Below are positions 45,749 to 57,500 of a stretch of DNA of 64,000 nucleotides, piece by piece (position 1 is the first letter of the stretch; every line of letters starts with the position of its first letter). The notes below the pieces were generated by a model. The model was given only the letters and a program-made list of their open reading frames with translations. It did not search any database and was not told the DNA's origin. A program made the position numbers and the translations under genes. The DNA is from Rebecca billardiae RCC1528 (lineage: Eukaryota; Protista; Haptophyta), in the NCBI GenBank assembly GCA_965240325.2, contig OZ251246.1, forward strand, positions 1,240,001-1,304,000, read 5' to 3'.

Positions 45749-48493
45749 ATGGCGGCTGCCAGCCGTGGCGCCGGCGCGCGCTGGCCCGCCACCGTGCTGG
45801 CGCTGGTGGTGGCGGCGGCGAACGTGCGGTGCGCGGCACCGCCGCAGCCGTCGCCGCCGCCACCGGTGCCGCCGAGCCCGCCGCCCTCGCCGCCGCCCTC
45901 GCCGCCGCCCTCGCCGCAGCCGCGAGCACCGCCGCGCCCGCCGCCGCGCCCGCCGCCGCGCCCGCCGCCGAGCCCGCCGCCGAGCCCGCCGCCTCCAAGC
46001 ACACCGGCGCAGCCCAAGCCGCCGCCAAAGCCACCGCCTAGCCCGCCACCGCCGCCTTTCCCCTCGCCGCCGCCGCCGGGGCCGCCCAGCCCGCCGCCGA
46101 GCCCGCCGCCCTCGCCGAGCCCGCCGCCGAGCCGGCCCCCGCCGCCGCAGCCGTCGCCACCGCCGCCGGTGCCGCCGAGCCCGCCGCCGAGCCCGCCGCC
46201 TTCGCCCCCGTCGCTCCCACCACCCAGACCGCCGCCGAGCCCGCCGCCGCGCGCGCCGCCGGCGCCGCCGCCGGCGCCGCCGCCGGCGCCGCCGCCGGCG
46301 CCGCCGCCGAGCCCGCCGCCCTCGCCGCCGCCCAGCCCGCCGCCGAGCCCGCCGCCCTCGCCGCCGCCCAGCCCGCCGCCGCCGTCGGTGCGGCCGCCAC
46401 CGTCTCCGCCGCCACGCGCGCCGCCTCGCGCGCCGCCGCCACCGCTCCCATCCCCGCCGCCTCCCGCGCCGCCGAGCCCGCCGCCATCGCCGCCACCATC
46501 GCCGCCGTCGCCACCGCCGCGGCCGCCGCCGAGCCCGCCGCCGGCGCCGCCACCCAGCCCGCCGCCGAGCCCACCGCCGACCCCCCCGCCGAGCCCGCCC
46601 CCCATGCCGCCCCCTAGCCCGCCGCCGGCGTCGCCGCCGCGCCCGCCGCCGAGCCCGCCGCCCACACCGCCGCCCAACCCGCCGCCCAGCCCGCCGCCGA
46701 GCCCGCCGCCCAGCCCGCCACCCAGCCCGCCGCCGAGCGCGCCGCCCACACCGCCGCCATCGCCGCCGCCCATGCCGCCCCCTAGCCCGCCACCCAGCGC
46801 GCCGCCGAGCCCGCCGCCGAGCCCGCCGCCGAGCGCGCCGCCAGCGCCGCCGCCGAGCCCGCCGCCGCAGCCGCCTCCGAGCCCGCCGCCGAGCCCGCCG
46901 CCGAGCCCGCCGCCGAGCGCGCCGCCAGCGCCGCCGCCGAGCCCGCCGCCGCAGCCGCCTCCGAGCCCGCCGCCGAGCGCGCCGCCGAGCGCGCCGCCGA
47001 GCACGCCACCCAGACCGCCGCCGAGCCCACCGCCGAGCCCGCCGCCGCACTCACCTCCGAGCCCGCCGCCGAGTCCGCCGCCCAGCGCGCCACCGAGGCT
47101 GCCGCCGAGCGCGCCGCCTGCGCCGCCGCCGAGCACGCCGCCGAGCGCGCCGCCAGGCGCGCCGCCAGGCGCGCCGCCGAGCGCGCCGCCGAGCCCGCCG
47201 CCGAGCGCGCCGCCAGCGCCGCCGCCGAGCGCGCCGCCGCAGCCGCCTCCGAGCGCGCCGCCGAGCGCGCCGCCGAGCGCGCCGCCGAGCACGCCACCCA
47301 GCGCGCCGCCAGGCGCGCCGCCGAGCGCGCCGCCGAGCGCGCCGCCAGCGCCGCCGCCGAGCCCGCCGCCGCAGCCGCCGCCGAGCGCGCCGCCGAGCCC
47401 GCCGCCGAGCGCGCCGCCAGCGCCGCCGCCGAGCGCGCCGCCGCAGCCGCCTCCGAGCGCGCCGCCGAGCGCGCCGCCGAGCGCGCCGCCGAGCACGCCA
47501 CCCAGCGCGCCGCCAGGCGCGCCGCCAGGCGCGCCGCCGAGCACGCCGCCGAGCACGCCGCCAGCGCCGCCGCCGAGCCCGCCGCCGCAGCCGCCGCCGA
47601 GCGCGCCGCCGAGCCCGCCGCCGAGCGCGCCGCCAGCGCCGCCGCCGAGCGCGCCGCCGCAGCCGCCTCCGAGCGCGCCGCCGAGCGCGCCGCCGAGCGC
47701 GCCGCCGCTCGCGCCGCCGAGTCCGCTGCCGTCCCCGCCGCCGCTCGCGCCGCCCAGCCACCCGCCTCCCGCCCCGCCGCCGTCGGCGCCGCCGAGCGCG
47801 CCGCCGCTCCAACCGCCGAGCCCTCCGCCTGCGCCGCCACCCGGCCGGCTGCCGAGCCCGGCGCCAACGCCGCCGCCGCCGCGGGCGCCGCCGCCGCGCG
47901 TGCCGCCGGCGTCACCACCGCCGCGCCCGCCGCCGCCGCCGCCGCCCGGCCCGCCACGCGCGCCGCCGAGCCACCCGCCGCCGCCGAGCCCGCCGTCGCC
48001 GCTCGCGTCGCCGCCACCGCGCCTGCCGCCGCCTTCGCCCGCGCGGCGCTCGCCACCGCCGTCCACACCGCCGCCGCCCTCGCCGCACGCGCCGCCGCTC
48101 CCGCCGCCGCCCTCGCCGCGCTTGCCGCCGCCGCCTTCGCCGCCGCTTAGCCCGCCGCCGCCGCCGCGCGCCGAGCCGTTCCCGCCGCCCGCGCCGCCGA
48201 GCCCGCCGCCGTCGCCGCCGCCCTCGCCGCCGCCACGCGCGCCGTCGCCCTCGCCGCCGTGCGCGCCGCCGCCCTCGCCACGCCCGCCCATGCCCACGCC
48301 GCCGCCCGCGCCGCCGCCGCCGCCGCCCTCCGCACCGCCGCGCCCGCCGCCGAGCTCTCCGCCGCCGAGCTCGCCGCCGCCGCCGCCGTCACCGCCGCCG
48401 TCGCCGCCGCCGAGCCCGCCGCCGCCGAGCCCGCCGCCCGTGCCGCCGCCGCCTCCGCGCACCGAGCCCTTCCCTCCGCCGGCGCCGCCGAGC

Positions 48494-48525
<32 letters not shown>

Positions 48526-48528
48526 ACC

Positions 48529-48564
<36 letters not shown>

Positions 48565-49076
48565 CTCGCCGCCCGCGCCGCCGCCGCCGCCGTCGCCGCC
48601 GTCGCCGCCGCCGCCCGCGCCGCCGCCGCCGAGCCCGCCGCCGCCGCCGCCGCCGCTGCCGCCGCTGCCGCCGCTCTCGGCGGCCGCCGGCGCGGCGTCG
48701 CGCGTGCGCAGCCGCGCGACGCTCGAGGGCGAGCCGTCCGCGTGGGACGCGGCGTCGGAGGCGGGGCGGGCGCAGCGCGCGGCGTTCCGCGGCGCGGTGG
48801 CGGCGGGCCTGGGCGTGGCCGAGGCGCGCGTGCACATCGTGGCGGTGCTGCCGGGCAGCGTGGCCGTCGTGTTCGACGTGCTGCACGAGCCGTCCGCGGC
48901 CACGCCCACGCTGGCCGACCTCGCGGCCGCGCTCACGGCCGCGAGCGGACCCGTGCGCGCGGCCGTGGGGTCGGCGCTCAACACGACGGTGCTGGCGCTC
49001 TCGCACCCGCAGCCGCGGCCCGCGCCCGCGCCCGCGCCGAGCGCGGCCGAGCTGGGCGCGTCCGCGTCCGCCGCCG

Positions 49077-49110
<34 letters not shown>

Positions 49111-51589
49111 GCGGGGCGGCGTCGGGCTGGGCGCAAGCGCCGTCTCGACGGCGCCGGGCGCGCGGCGCGGCGCGGGGCGCGGCGCGGTGCTGGGCGGCGC
49201 GCTGTTCGTGTGCGTGGGCTGCGCGCTGAGCACGCTCGCGCTGTGCGTGCTCGACGCGCGCGACGAGGCGGCGCGGCGCGAGGCGGTGCGCGCGCTCGGC
49301 GAGCGCTCGGCGCACGCGGCGGCGCGCGGCGCGCAGCCGCCGGCGCGCGACGCGCACGGCGCGCGCCGGCGCGCGGCCGCGCGGCACGTGCAGCGCCTCG
49401 CGCGCGGCGCGGCGGCGCGGCGCGTGGCCGCGCGGCTGCGCGCGGCGCGCGCGCTCGCGGGGCACTCGGCGGACTGGCCGCTCGCCCTGCGCCTCGCGCG
49501 CGTGCACTCGCTCGGCGGGCTCGCGCTGCGCAGCGCCGCGGCGGGCGCGCGGCGCGGCTCGCACGCGCTGGTCGCGTGGTGCGGCGCCGCGGCCGCGCTC
49601 GCGCTCGCGTGCGCGCTCGGCGCGCACGCGCCGGCGCGCACGCTGGGCGGCGGCGGCGCGGCGGGCGTGGCGCGGCTGGGCGCGCTGTGCGCCGTGCTGT
49701 GCGCGCCGCTCGTCGGCTGCGCGCGCCGGCTGCTCCGGCTGCCGCCCACGCGCCCGCTGTCGCCGGGGTCGCTCGCGCTCGCGACGCGCGCCGCCGTGCG
49801 CCGCCGCGCCGCGCGCCGGCTGCTGCTGCGCAGGCTGAGCGACGGCCGGCTGCTGCACGCCACGCGCCGCTCGCTCACGCGCGGCGCGGCGCGGCCGCGC
49901 ACGGCGGAGGCGAGCGTCGTCGCGCTGCACCGCGCCGCGCCGCCGCCGCCCGCGCCGCCGCGGTGCGCGTGGCGCGCGGAGGGCGAGGGTGAGGGCGTGG
50001 AGGCGGAGGACGACGGCGCGCGCGCGTGGTGGCAGACCGCGGCGCACGGCGGCGGCGCGGCGGCGGTCACGCCGCTCGCGCGCGCCGACGCCACCGCGGC
50101 GGCGGCGGCGGGCGCGGCGCCGCAGCCGCCGCTGCCGCTGCCCGCCGCGCCGCTGCCCGCCGCGCCCGCCGACGGCGCGCGCGTCGCGGGCGCGGCGCGC
50201 GCCGCGCGCTTCCGGCCGGGCCGGTGCACGCGCCGCTCGGTCGAGTCGGAGCTGAGCGCGTGCAGCGCGGGCGCGTGGGCGGAGAAGGCGATGCAGCGCA
50301 CGCCGGACGCGCCGCTCGACCGCGCGGCGCTGCGCGAGCTCGCCGCCGCGTTCCCCGCGGGCGCGGCCGCGCGCGCGCGCGCCGCGCGCGAGCCGGCGGC
50401 CGAGGGCGCGTGCGCGTGCGCGCGCGCGCCGCGCGCGCTGCCGTCGGGCGCGGCCGCGGCCGTGCGCGCGGTCTCGCGCATGCGCACGCTCGCCGCGAGC
50501 ACCGCGGCCGCGCAGCCGCAGCCGCAGCCGCAGCCGCAGCGCGCGGAGGCGGCGCCCGCGCCCTCGCCCGCGCCGGCGCCGCTGCCGCCCAAGCCGCCGC
50601 CGCCGCTCCCTGCGCGCGAGGCGGCGTGCGGGTGCCAGAGCAGCAGCGCGCGCAGCGACGGCGCGGGCGCTGCGAGCGCGCGCTCGCGCTCGCGCTCGGG
50701 CGGCAGGCGGCAGCCGGCGTCCGCCTCGTCCGCGTGCCGCGCCGTCGCGACGTGGCTGACGGCGGACGAGGCGGACGACGACGCGCTCGGGCGCAGGCCG
50801 CACCCGCTCGCGCCCGCGGGCGCGCCGCACCCGCCGCCGCCGCCGGGGCCGCCGCCGCCCGCGCCGCCCTCGGCGCCGCCGCCGCCGCCGCCCGCGCCGC
50901 CGCCGCCGCCGCGCCTGGACGAGCGCGCGCTCGAGGCGCTGCGCGTGCGCTTCGCCGCGTCCGACTCGGACCTGAGCGGCTCGCTCGACGAGCGCGAGCT
51001 GGGCGTGCTGCTGGGCGTGCAGCTGGGCGTGCGCGTGCCGAGGCACCGCGTGCGCGCGCTCTTCGGCGCGCTCGACGCGGACGGCGACGGCCGCATCCAG
51101 TTCCCCGAGCTGGCGGCGTGGTCGGCCAAGGCGCTGCACGGCGCGCGCACGCGCGAGCAGGCCAAGGTGCGGCGGCAGCGCGCGTGGCGCTCGAGCGCGC
51201 GCGCGCGCACCGCCGCGCGCTGGGGCGCGGCGCTGTGCCTCGTCGGCGCGTGCGCCGCGCTCGCGCTCGAGCTCGGCGGCGAGGCGCTCGACGAGACCGG
51301 CGCGGCGCTCGCGCTCGCGGCGGCGGCGCTCGGCGCGCTCGGCGCGCTCGGCGTGGGCGAGCCGGCGCTGCTGTGCGCGGAGGACTGGCTGCGCGCGCAC
51401 GCGCTCGACGCCGCGCTGCAGATCACGCTCGGCCCGGCGGGCGGCGCGCCGCCGCCGCCGCCCGCGCGCGCGCAGCTGCCGGGCGCGCCGCCGCCGGGCG
51501 CGGGCGGCGTGCGCGGCGCGGCGCGGCGCGCGCTCGCGGCGGCGCTCGTGATGCTCATCGGCGGCGTGCCGCCGGCCGACGGCTACTAG
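45749..51589 (+). CDS. Giant extensin-like (Ser-Pro3) membrane protein with SEA-like domain, hydrophobic segments and an EF-hand pair
   Basis: Signal peptide; about 940 aa of SPPP/SAPP repeats (45840-48670); AFRGAVAAGLGVAEARVHIVAVLPGSVAVVFDV; TM-like GALFVCVGCALSTLALCVL; EF loops DSDLSGSLDERE and DADGDGRIQFPE. Confidence 0.78.
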
Positions 51590-51807
51590 AGGCTCCGGCC
51601 GGGGGGAGGACGCGCTGCGTGCACCGCCCGGTGGACGGTAGCCAGTGTCGCGGAATCGAGTCCGCCATCCTGGCTGGAGTAGGTTTCTTTCTTTTGCTCA
51701 GCCCGGACTCCGGAGTCGCCGGCTCGCCGCCGAGGGGCGGCCACACGCCCACACCGGCCGCGAAGAGGCGCGTCGCTCGCCGCCGCGTCGCTGCGTCGCT
51801 GCTGCTC

Positions 51808-52669
51808 TTCTCCAAGTACCACGGGCTGGGCAACGACTACGTGCTCGTGGACAACCGCGCCTCCGCCGAGCCGCTCCTCAGCGCCGCGCGCGCGCGCGCG
51901 CTGTGCGAGCGGCACGTGGGCGTGGGCGCGGACGGCGTGCTGCTCGCGATGCCGCCCGCGGACGGCGCGCACGTGGGCATGCGGCTGGTGAAGCCCGACG
52001 GCTCGGAGCCGCCGCTGTGCGGCAACGGCATCCGCTGCCTCGCGCGCTTCGTCGCCGACCGCGACGGCGACCGCGCGCCGCGCGCGTGCACACGTGGTGT
52101 CGACGGGCGTGGGGCTGGTGCGCTGCGAGCTGCGAGCGGACGGCCGCGTCGCCGTCGACATGGGCGAGCCGCAGCTCGGCGCGGCGGGCGTGCCGACGAC
52201 GCTGCCCGCCGGCGCGGACGGGCGCGTGCTCGACGCGCCGCTCGAGGCGGGCGGCCGCGCGTGGCGCGTCGCGTGCGTGGGCGTGGGCCGCCCGCACGCC
52301 GTCGTGCTGCTGCGGGGCGCGGACGAGCTGCGCGCGCTGCAGCTGCGCGAGCTCGGCCCGGCGTTCGAGGCGCGGACCGACGCGTTCCCGCGCGGCGTGA
52401 ACACCGAGTTCGCGCGCGTCCTCTCGCGCACGCGCCTGCGCATGCGCGTGTGGGAGGCGGGCTCGGGCGAGACGCTCGCGTGCGGCGCGGGCGCGTGCGC
52501 GCTCGTGGTCGCGGCCGCGGCGCTCGGCGTCGCGGAGCGCGCGTGCACGGTCGAGCTGCCGGGCGGCGAGCTCGAGATCGAGTGGCGCGCGGCGGACAAC
52601 CGCGTCCGGATGACGGGCCCCGCGGCGCACGTCTTTGACGGCCAGCTCGCCCGCCCGGGCGAGCCATAA
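51808..52669 (+). pseudogene. dapF: Diaminopimelate epimerase-like gene with a +1 frameshift at about 52090-52093 and no ATG
   Basis: FSKYHGLGNDYVLVD, CERHVGVGADG, DGSEPPLCGNGIRC in one frame; VDMGEP, PHAVV, NTEF, GETLACGAG, LPGGELEIEW, MTGPA in the next. No GT-AG intron at the break. Confidence 0.8.
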
Positions 52670-52762
52670 ATGACGACGTCTCAAAATATATCGCGGCATA
52701 TCAGTGTCAAGAAAGTCTCTATTGAATATGGGGGGTAGGAAACGGAAAGAGCGACGACGACG

Positions 52763-54355
52763 ATGGCTGCTTCCGACGACGACGACGACGACAACACGCC
52801 CCAGCCGTCCGGCGAGCTCCCCGCGCCGACGGCGCGGCGCGCGGTGGAGGTGCGCGCGGCGGAGCGCGCGCTGCGGCTCGGGTACGAGTCGGAGGGCCCG
52901 CCGCCGCCGCCGCGCCTCCGCTCGCGCCTCGCCAAGCTCGAGCCGCTCGCGGCCGCGCTGCGCGCGCGCGAGGGGCCGGACGCGCCGGCCGGGCGCGACC
53001 CCGCCGGCGCGACCGTCTTCGCGCTCGGCCCGGTCGAGCTGGGCGGCGGCGGCGCGCGGTGGCCGTTCGTGCTCTACCTCGGCGCGCCCGACGCCGCGGC
53101 GCTCCACCCCGCCGCCGACCCGCGCCGCGAGCTGAGCGGCCTGCAGCACGACCTGCGGCGCGGCGCGGTGCACGCGCTCGCGCTCGGCGAGCTGCGCGCG
53201 GCCCAGCCGGTGCGGCCGCGCGCGCTGCTGCGCGGCTGGGCGCGCGGGCCGTCCGACGCGGCGCTCCTCGTCGCGCACGCCGCGCCCGGCGGCGCGCACG
53301 CCGCGTGGACGCGGCTGGGCGCGGGCCACGCGCTGCAGCTGCTGTGCGAGACCGCCGCGCCGATGCCGAGCGCGCCCACGCTCGCGCGCCGCGCGCAGCT
53401 GCACGCCGCGATGCGCGGCGCGCGTGGCGCGGCGGCGGAGGCGGAGGTTGCGCGGCTCGCCGAGCTGGAGGCCGAGCTGCGCGCCGACGGCCTCGACGAT
53501 CCCGCCCTCGCCGAGCTCCTCGCCGAGCTCGCGGCGCGCGCGGCCGCGGAGGGGCGCGGCGGCGCGCCCGCGCGCGCGCTCGCGCGCGCGGGCGCGCGGC
53601 TCGGGCCCGACGTCGAGCTGGCGTTCGGGGCGGAGGAGGTGAGCTACGCGCTGTTCGGCGGGCCGCACCAGCCGCTGCGCGGCAGCCGCGGCTGGGCGCA
53701 GACGCCGCCCGCCGCGCTGCGCGCCGCGGCGCACGCGTGCGCGCTCGCGAGCCTGGCGCGCGCGGCCGGGGGCGCCGTCCGCTTTGAGCCGGGCGCGCAG
53801 CAGCGGCAGCAGCAGCAGCAGCCGGGCGGGGCGCACGCGGGCGCAGACGCGCTGGAGGAGACGATGGCGGGGCGGGAGGCGGTCGCCGTGGTGTGGCTCT
53901 GCGTGCGCGAGGCGTGCGCGCGCGGCGCGCTGCCCGCGGTGGGCAGCGCGGTGGGCGCCGCCGCCCTGCTCGCGCCGCCGCCGCCGCCGCCGCCCGCGGA
54001 GCGGCCGCGCGCGCGCCCGCGGCCGCCGCAGCGCCGGCCGGCGGCGGCGCGCGCCGCGCCCGCGGCGGAGCCGCGCGGCGAGGCCAGCGCGGCGGCCGCT
54101 GCCGCCGGTGGCAGCGGCGCTGGCGACGGCGAGGACGAGGACGAGGACGAGGACGAGCCGAGCGTGCCCAACGCGCAGCTGCAGGCGTACCTGCGCGCAC
54201 GCGGCGCCTCGGCCGCGGCGGCGGGCAGCGTGGCGGCCGCGGTGATCGAGACGGTGCGCGTGCGAGGCACGCGCGCGCCCGTCGGGATGGAGGGGCGCGA
54301 GCTCTCGTCGTCGGAGGAGGAGGACGGCTCCTCCTCCGACGGGAGCAGCGCGTGA
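52763..54355 (+). CDS. Hypothetical protein (530 aa), no recognised domain
   Basis: ATG start after an AT-richer intergenic stretch; Ala/Leu/Glu-rich coding-like codons; acidic termini. Confidence 0.55.
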   Translation: MAASDDDDDDNTPQPSGELPAPTARRAVEVRAAERALRLGYESEGPPPPPRLRSRLAKLEPLAAALRAREGPDAPAGRDPAGATVFALGPVELGGGGARWPFVLYLGAPDAAALHPAADPRRELSGLQHDLRRGAVHALALGELRAAQPVRPRALLRGWARGPSDAALLVAHAAPGGAHAAWTRLGAGHALQLLCETAAPMPSAPTLARRAQLHAAMRGARGAAAEAEVARLAELEAELRADGLDDPALAELLAELAARAAAEGRGGAPARALARAGARLGPDVELAFGAEEVSYALFGGPHQPLRGSRGWAQTPPAALRAAAHACALASLARAAGGAVRFEPGAQQRQQQQQPGGAHAGADALEETMAGREAVAVVWLCVREACARGALPAVGSAVGAAALLAPPPPPPPAERPRARPRPPQRRPAAARAAPAAEPRGEASAAAAAAGGSGAGDGEDEDEDEDEPSVPNAQLQAYLRARGASAAAAGSVAAAVIETVRVRGTRAPVGMEGRELSSSEEEDGSSSDGSSA

Positions 54356-54557
54356 TGACTCGGACCGCTTCGGGCGTAGCAGGCCGCGCGTAACTGCCAC
54401 GTGGCCCAGCCGCCAGCGGCGCTGCGCAGCTGAGCAGCTACTGCTAGCGAGGCGTAGCAACCAAGATCGAGGTGGGCTGGACGGGTGAGCGCAGTCCTTG
54501 CGGCGGACGATGCCTCGCCCCATCACGCCGGCTCACAGTGCGCTAACCGCCACCGAA

Positions 54558-57500
54558 CACAGCAACGATTTCTTTTTTAAAGCGGCCGTTAAGGAAACTC
54601 CAACAAATTGATTTTCGGCCGTTAACGGCTGAATCTGGTGGTCCGGGCCAAATCCCGAGACGAGCGTTCGTCCGCTCGGCGTCGCACGGACGCCGTCGGA
54701 GGGCTTGGCGGCCGACCGTTCGACTCGCGGTGCGCGCGTGCGCCGTGCGTGCGCGTGTGGCGGCGTCCACGTCGCCGCTGCGCCACCGGTGCTCTAATCG
54801 CGAGTGTTCCCCAACCTATCCCCCGCCTGCCCCGCACCCGCTCCGCGTCCCGACGCGCCACGCCGATCTACTTTGCTAGGTCTGTTCGTGACACGGTGCG
54901 AATTCGCGCCCGCCCGCACGCCGCCGCGCGCGGGGATGCAGGAAGTACATGGAGGGGCGCGGAGTTTACATTCAGGGGGCGGGTTACTCGTGATCCACGC
55001 ACATGCGCAGCGGGAACGCTTACTTTTGTATGGGTGACCGGGAATTTGTATCGGACTAACTTGCGGCGGCTACGGCCGGCCCGGCCGCGCCGCACCGCGC
55101 TCGCCGCGCGCAGCAATGACGACGGCTGTGCTCACCGTGGGCAAGGGCAAGCGTTCCTGCGCGAAGCCTAGGAAGTCCAAGCTGTATCGCAAAGGTGCCT
55201 AACGCATCGGGCGCCAGGTCTCTGCCGCATCTGCGCGGCTGCGCATGGCCGCGGCGCTGCCGCACGAGATGCTCAAGCTGTCAGCGCGCGCGAGGCGGGG
55301 AGCGAGGTGGACCACTCGATCATGCCGAACGAGAACTACCCGGCGGAGGTCAAGCGCAGCGTCAACAGCCTCGTCGCCATCAAGGCCGAGCGGAAGAAGA
55401 ACAACCTGCTGCGTGTAGCCAAGCTGCTGCTCTTCCAGTGAGACGCGCTCGGGCTTACCTGCCTTCACTCGCTCGACGACGAGGGCGTCGTGCACTAGGC
55501 GCGCGAGAAGGACCGCACACTGCGCATCGTGGGCTCGCGCCAGCCCGAGAGATCTCGACGTGGCTCAACCTGGGCATGCGCCACCCGATCCCGCCGCCGG
55601 TGGCTGGCTCACGTGAGAGCGCGCTGCGCAATCGCGAGCACGCGGGCGCGGGCGTGATGATGATCGGCAGCGAGTCGGCGGCGCGGCCGTGGGCGCAGGC
55701 CGTGGGCGCCGTGCTGGACCGCTTGGAGCGCTACGGCAAGTCCGCGCGCCCGCGCGGGCAGCCGCATGTCCTCCTCCTCTCGGCGGACACGGGCCAAACG
55801 CAGCGCACTCGCGCTCGGCCACGATCGCCATCGTGCGCAACGATGAGGGTGTTGCGCTCGCGTCGTCGGAGGCGATCGCCATCTCGGAGCGGCCGGACTC
55901 GGACATGCCCGAGCTATGGAGTGCGCACGCCGACGGGATCAATGACGTGCTCCGGAGCGGCCGGCTCCCACCGCGACCGGCGCCGCCAGCTGCCGCCGCT
56001 GCACGTGGCCAGCGCGGCAGGGCGGCGCGGCTGGCGGCGCGGCAGGCGGCGCGGCCGGCGACGCGGCCGGCGGCGCGGCCGGCGGCAGCGGCGGCAGCGG
56101 CAGCGGCAGCGGTAGCGGCGTAGCTGGCGGTGCCGCCGGCGCTGGAGTCCGCGCGGCCGGTGGCGTGGTCGGCGGCGCGGCCGGCGGCGCGGCGGGCGGC
56201 GTGGCTGGCAACGCGGGCGCGTCCGCGGGCACGGGCGGCGGCGCGGCCGGCGCGAGCGGCAGCGGCAGCGGCGTGGCTGGCGGCACAGTCGGCGCTGGCG
56301 TCCGTGCGGCCGGTGGCGCGGCCGGCGGCGCGGCCAGCGGCGCGGCTGACAGCGCGGGCGGTGGCGCGGCCGGCGGCGGCACTGCCGGCGGCGGCGCGGC
56401 CGGCGGCGCGGCCGCGCGCGGCCGGCGCGGCCGGCAGCAGCGGCGGCAGCTGCAGCGACAGCGGCGTGACTGGCGACACAGCCGGCGTTGGCGTCCGCGC
56501 GGCCGGTGGCGCGGCCTGCGGCGCGGCCGGCGGCGCGGCTGACAGCGCGGGCGATGGCGGGCCCGGTGGCGGCGCGCCCGACGGCGGCACGCCCGACAAC
56601 TGCGCGCCAGGCGGCGGTGCGCCCGGCGACGCGGCCGGACGCGGCCGGCGGCGCGGCTGGCAACGCGGGCGCGGGTGCTGGCGGCGGCGCGGGCGGCGCG
56701 GGCGGCAGCTGCAGTGGCGTGGCTGGCGGCACAGCTGGCGTTGGCGTCCGCGCGGCTGGAGGCGCGGCCGGAGGTGCGGCCGGCGGCGCGGACAGCGGCG
56801 CGGCTGACAGCGCTCGCGATCGCGCGGCCGGCGGCGGCGCGGCCGGCGGCGGCGCGGCCGGCGGTGGCGCGGCCGGCGGCGGCGCGGCCGGTGCGGGCGG
56901 CAGCAGCAGCACTGGTGGCAGCAGCAGCGGCAGCTGCGTGGCTGGCGGCACCGCTGGCGCTGGCGTCCGCGCGGCCGGTGGCGCGGCCGGCGGCGCGGCC
57001 GGGGGCGCGGCCGGGGGCGCGGCTGGCAACGTGGGCGCGGGCGCGGGCGCGGGCGGCGGCGTGGGCGGCGCGGCCGGCAGTGGCAGCGGCGTGGCTAGCG
57101 GCACAGCCGGTGCTGGCGTCCGCGTGGCCGGTGGCGCGGCATGTGGCGCGGCCAGCCGCGCGGCTGACAGTGCGGGTGGTGGTGCGGCTGGTGGCGGCGC
57201 GGCCGGCGGCGGCGCGGCCGGCGGCGGCGCGCAGCAGCGCGGCCTCGGTGGCAGCACTGCCTCGGCAGGCGGCAGCGCGGCCGGCGGCGGTTTTGGCGGC
57301 GGCGCCGAGGCGGCCGACTACGCGGAGGAGCAGAAGGCCATCGTGGCGTGCACCGGCGCTTACGTCAGCCTCGCCAGCCTCGCCGGCCAGGGCTCGCACA
57401 ACGTCCCACCGCTCCGCTTCAACGTCTGGGCGGTCACGGAGGCGGGCGCAGACGGCGTCTCGCCTCAGGCGGCGGGGGCGCCTCGTGCAGCTCGCGGACG

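Noticed and set aside
54534-54591. RAG recombination-signal similarity (CACAGTG at 54534, CACAGCA at the TIR)
   Set aside because: No correctly spaced ACAAAAACC nonamer and no Transib/RAG1-like ORF; a heptamer match alone is expected by chance.
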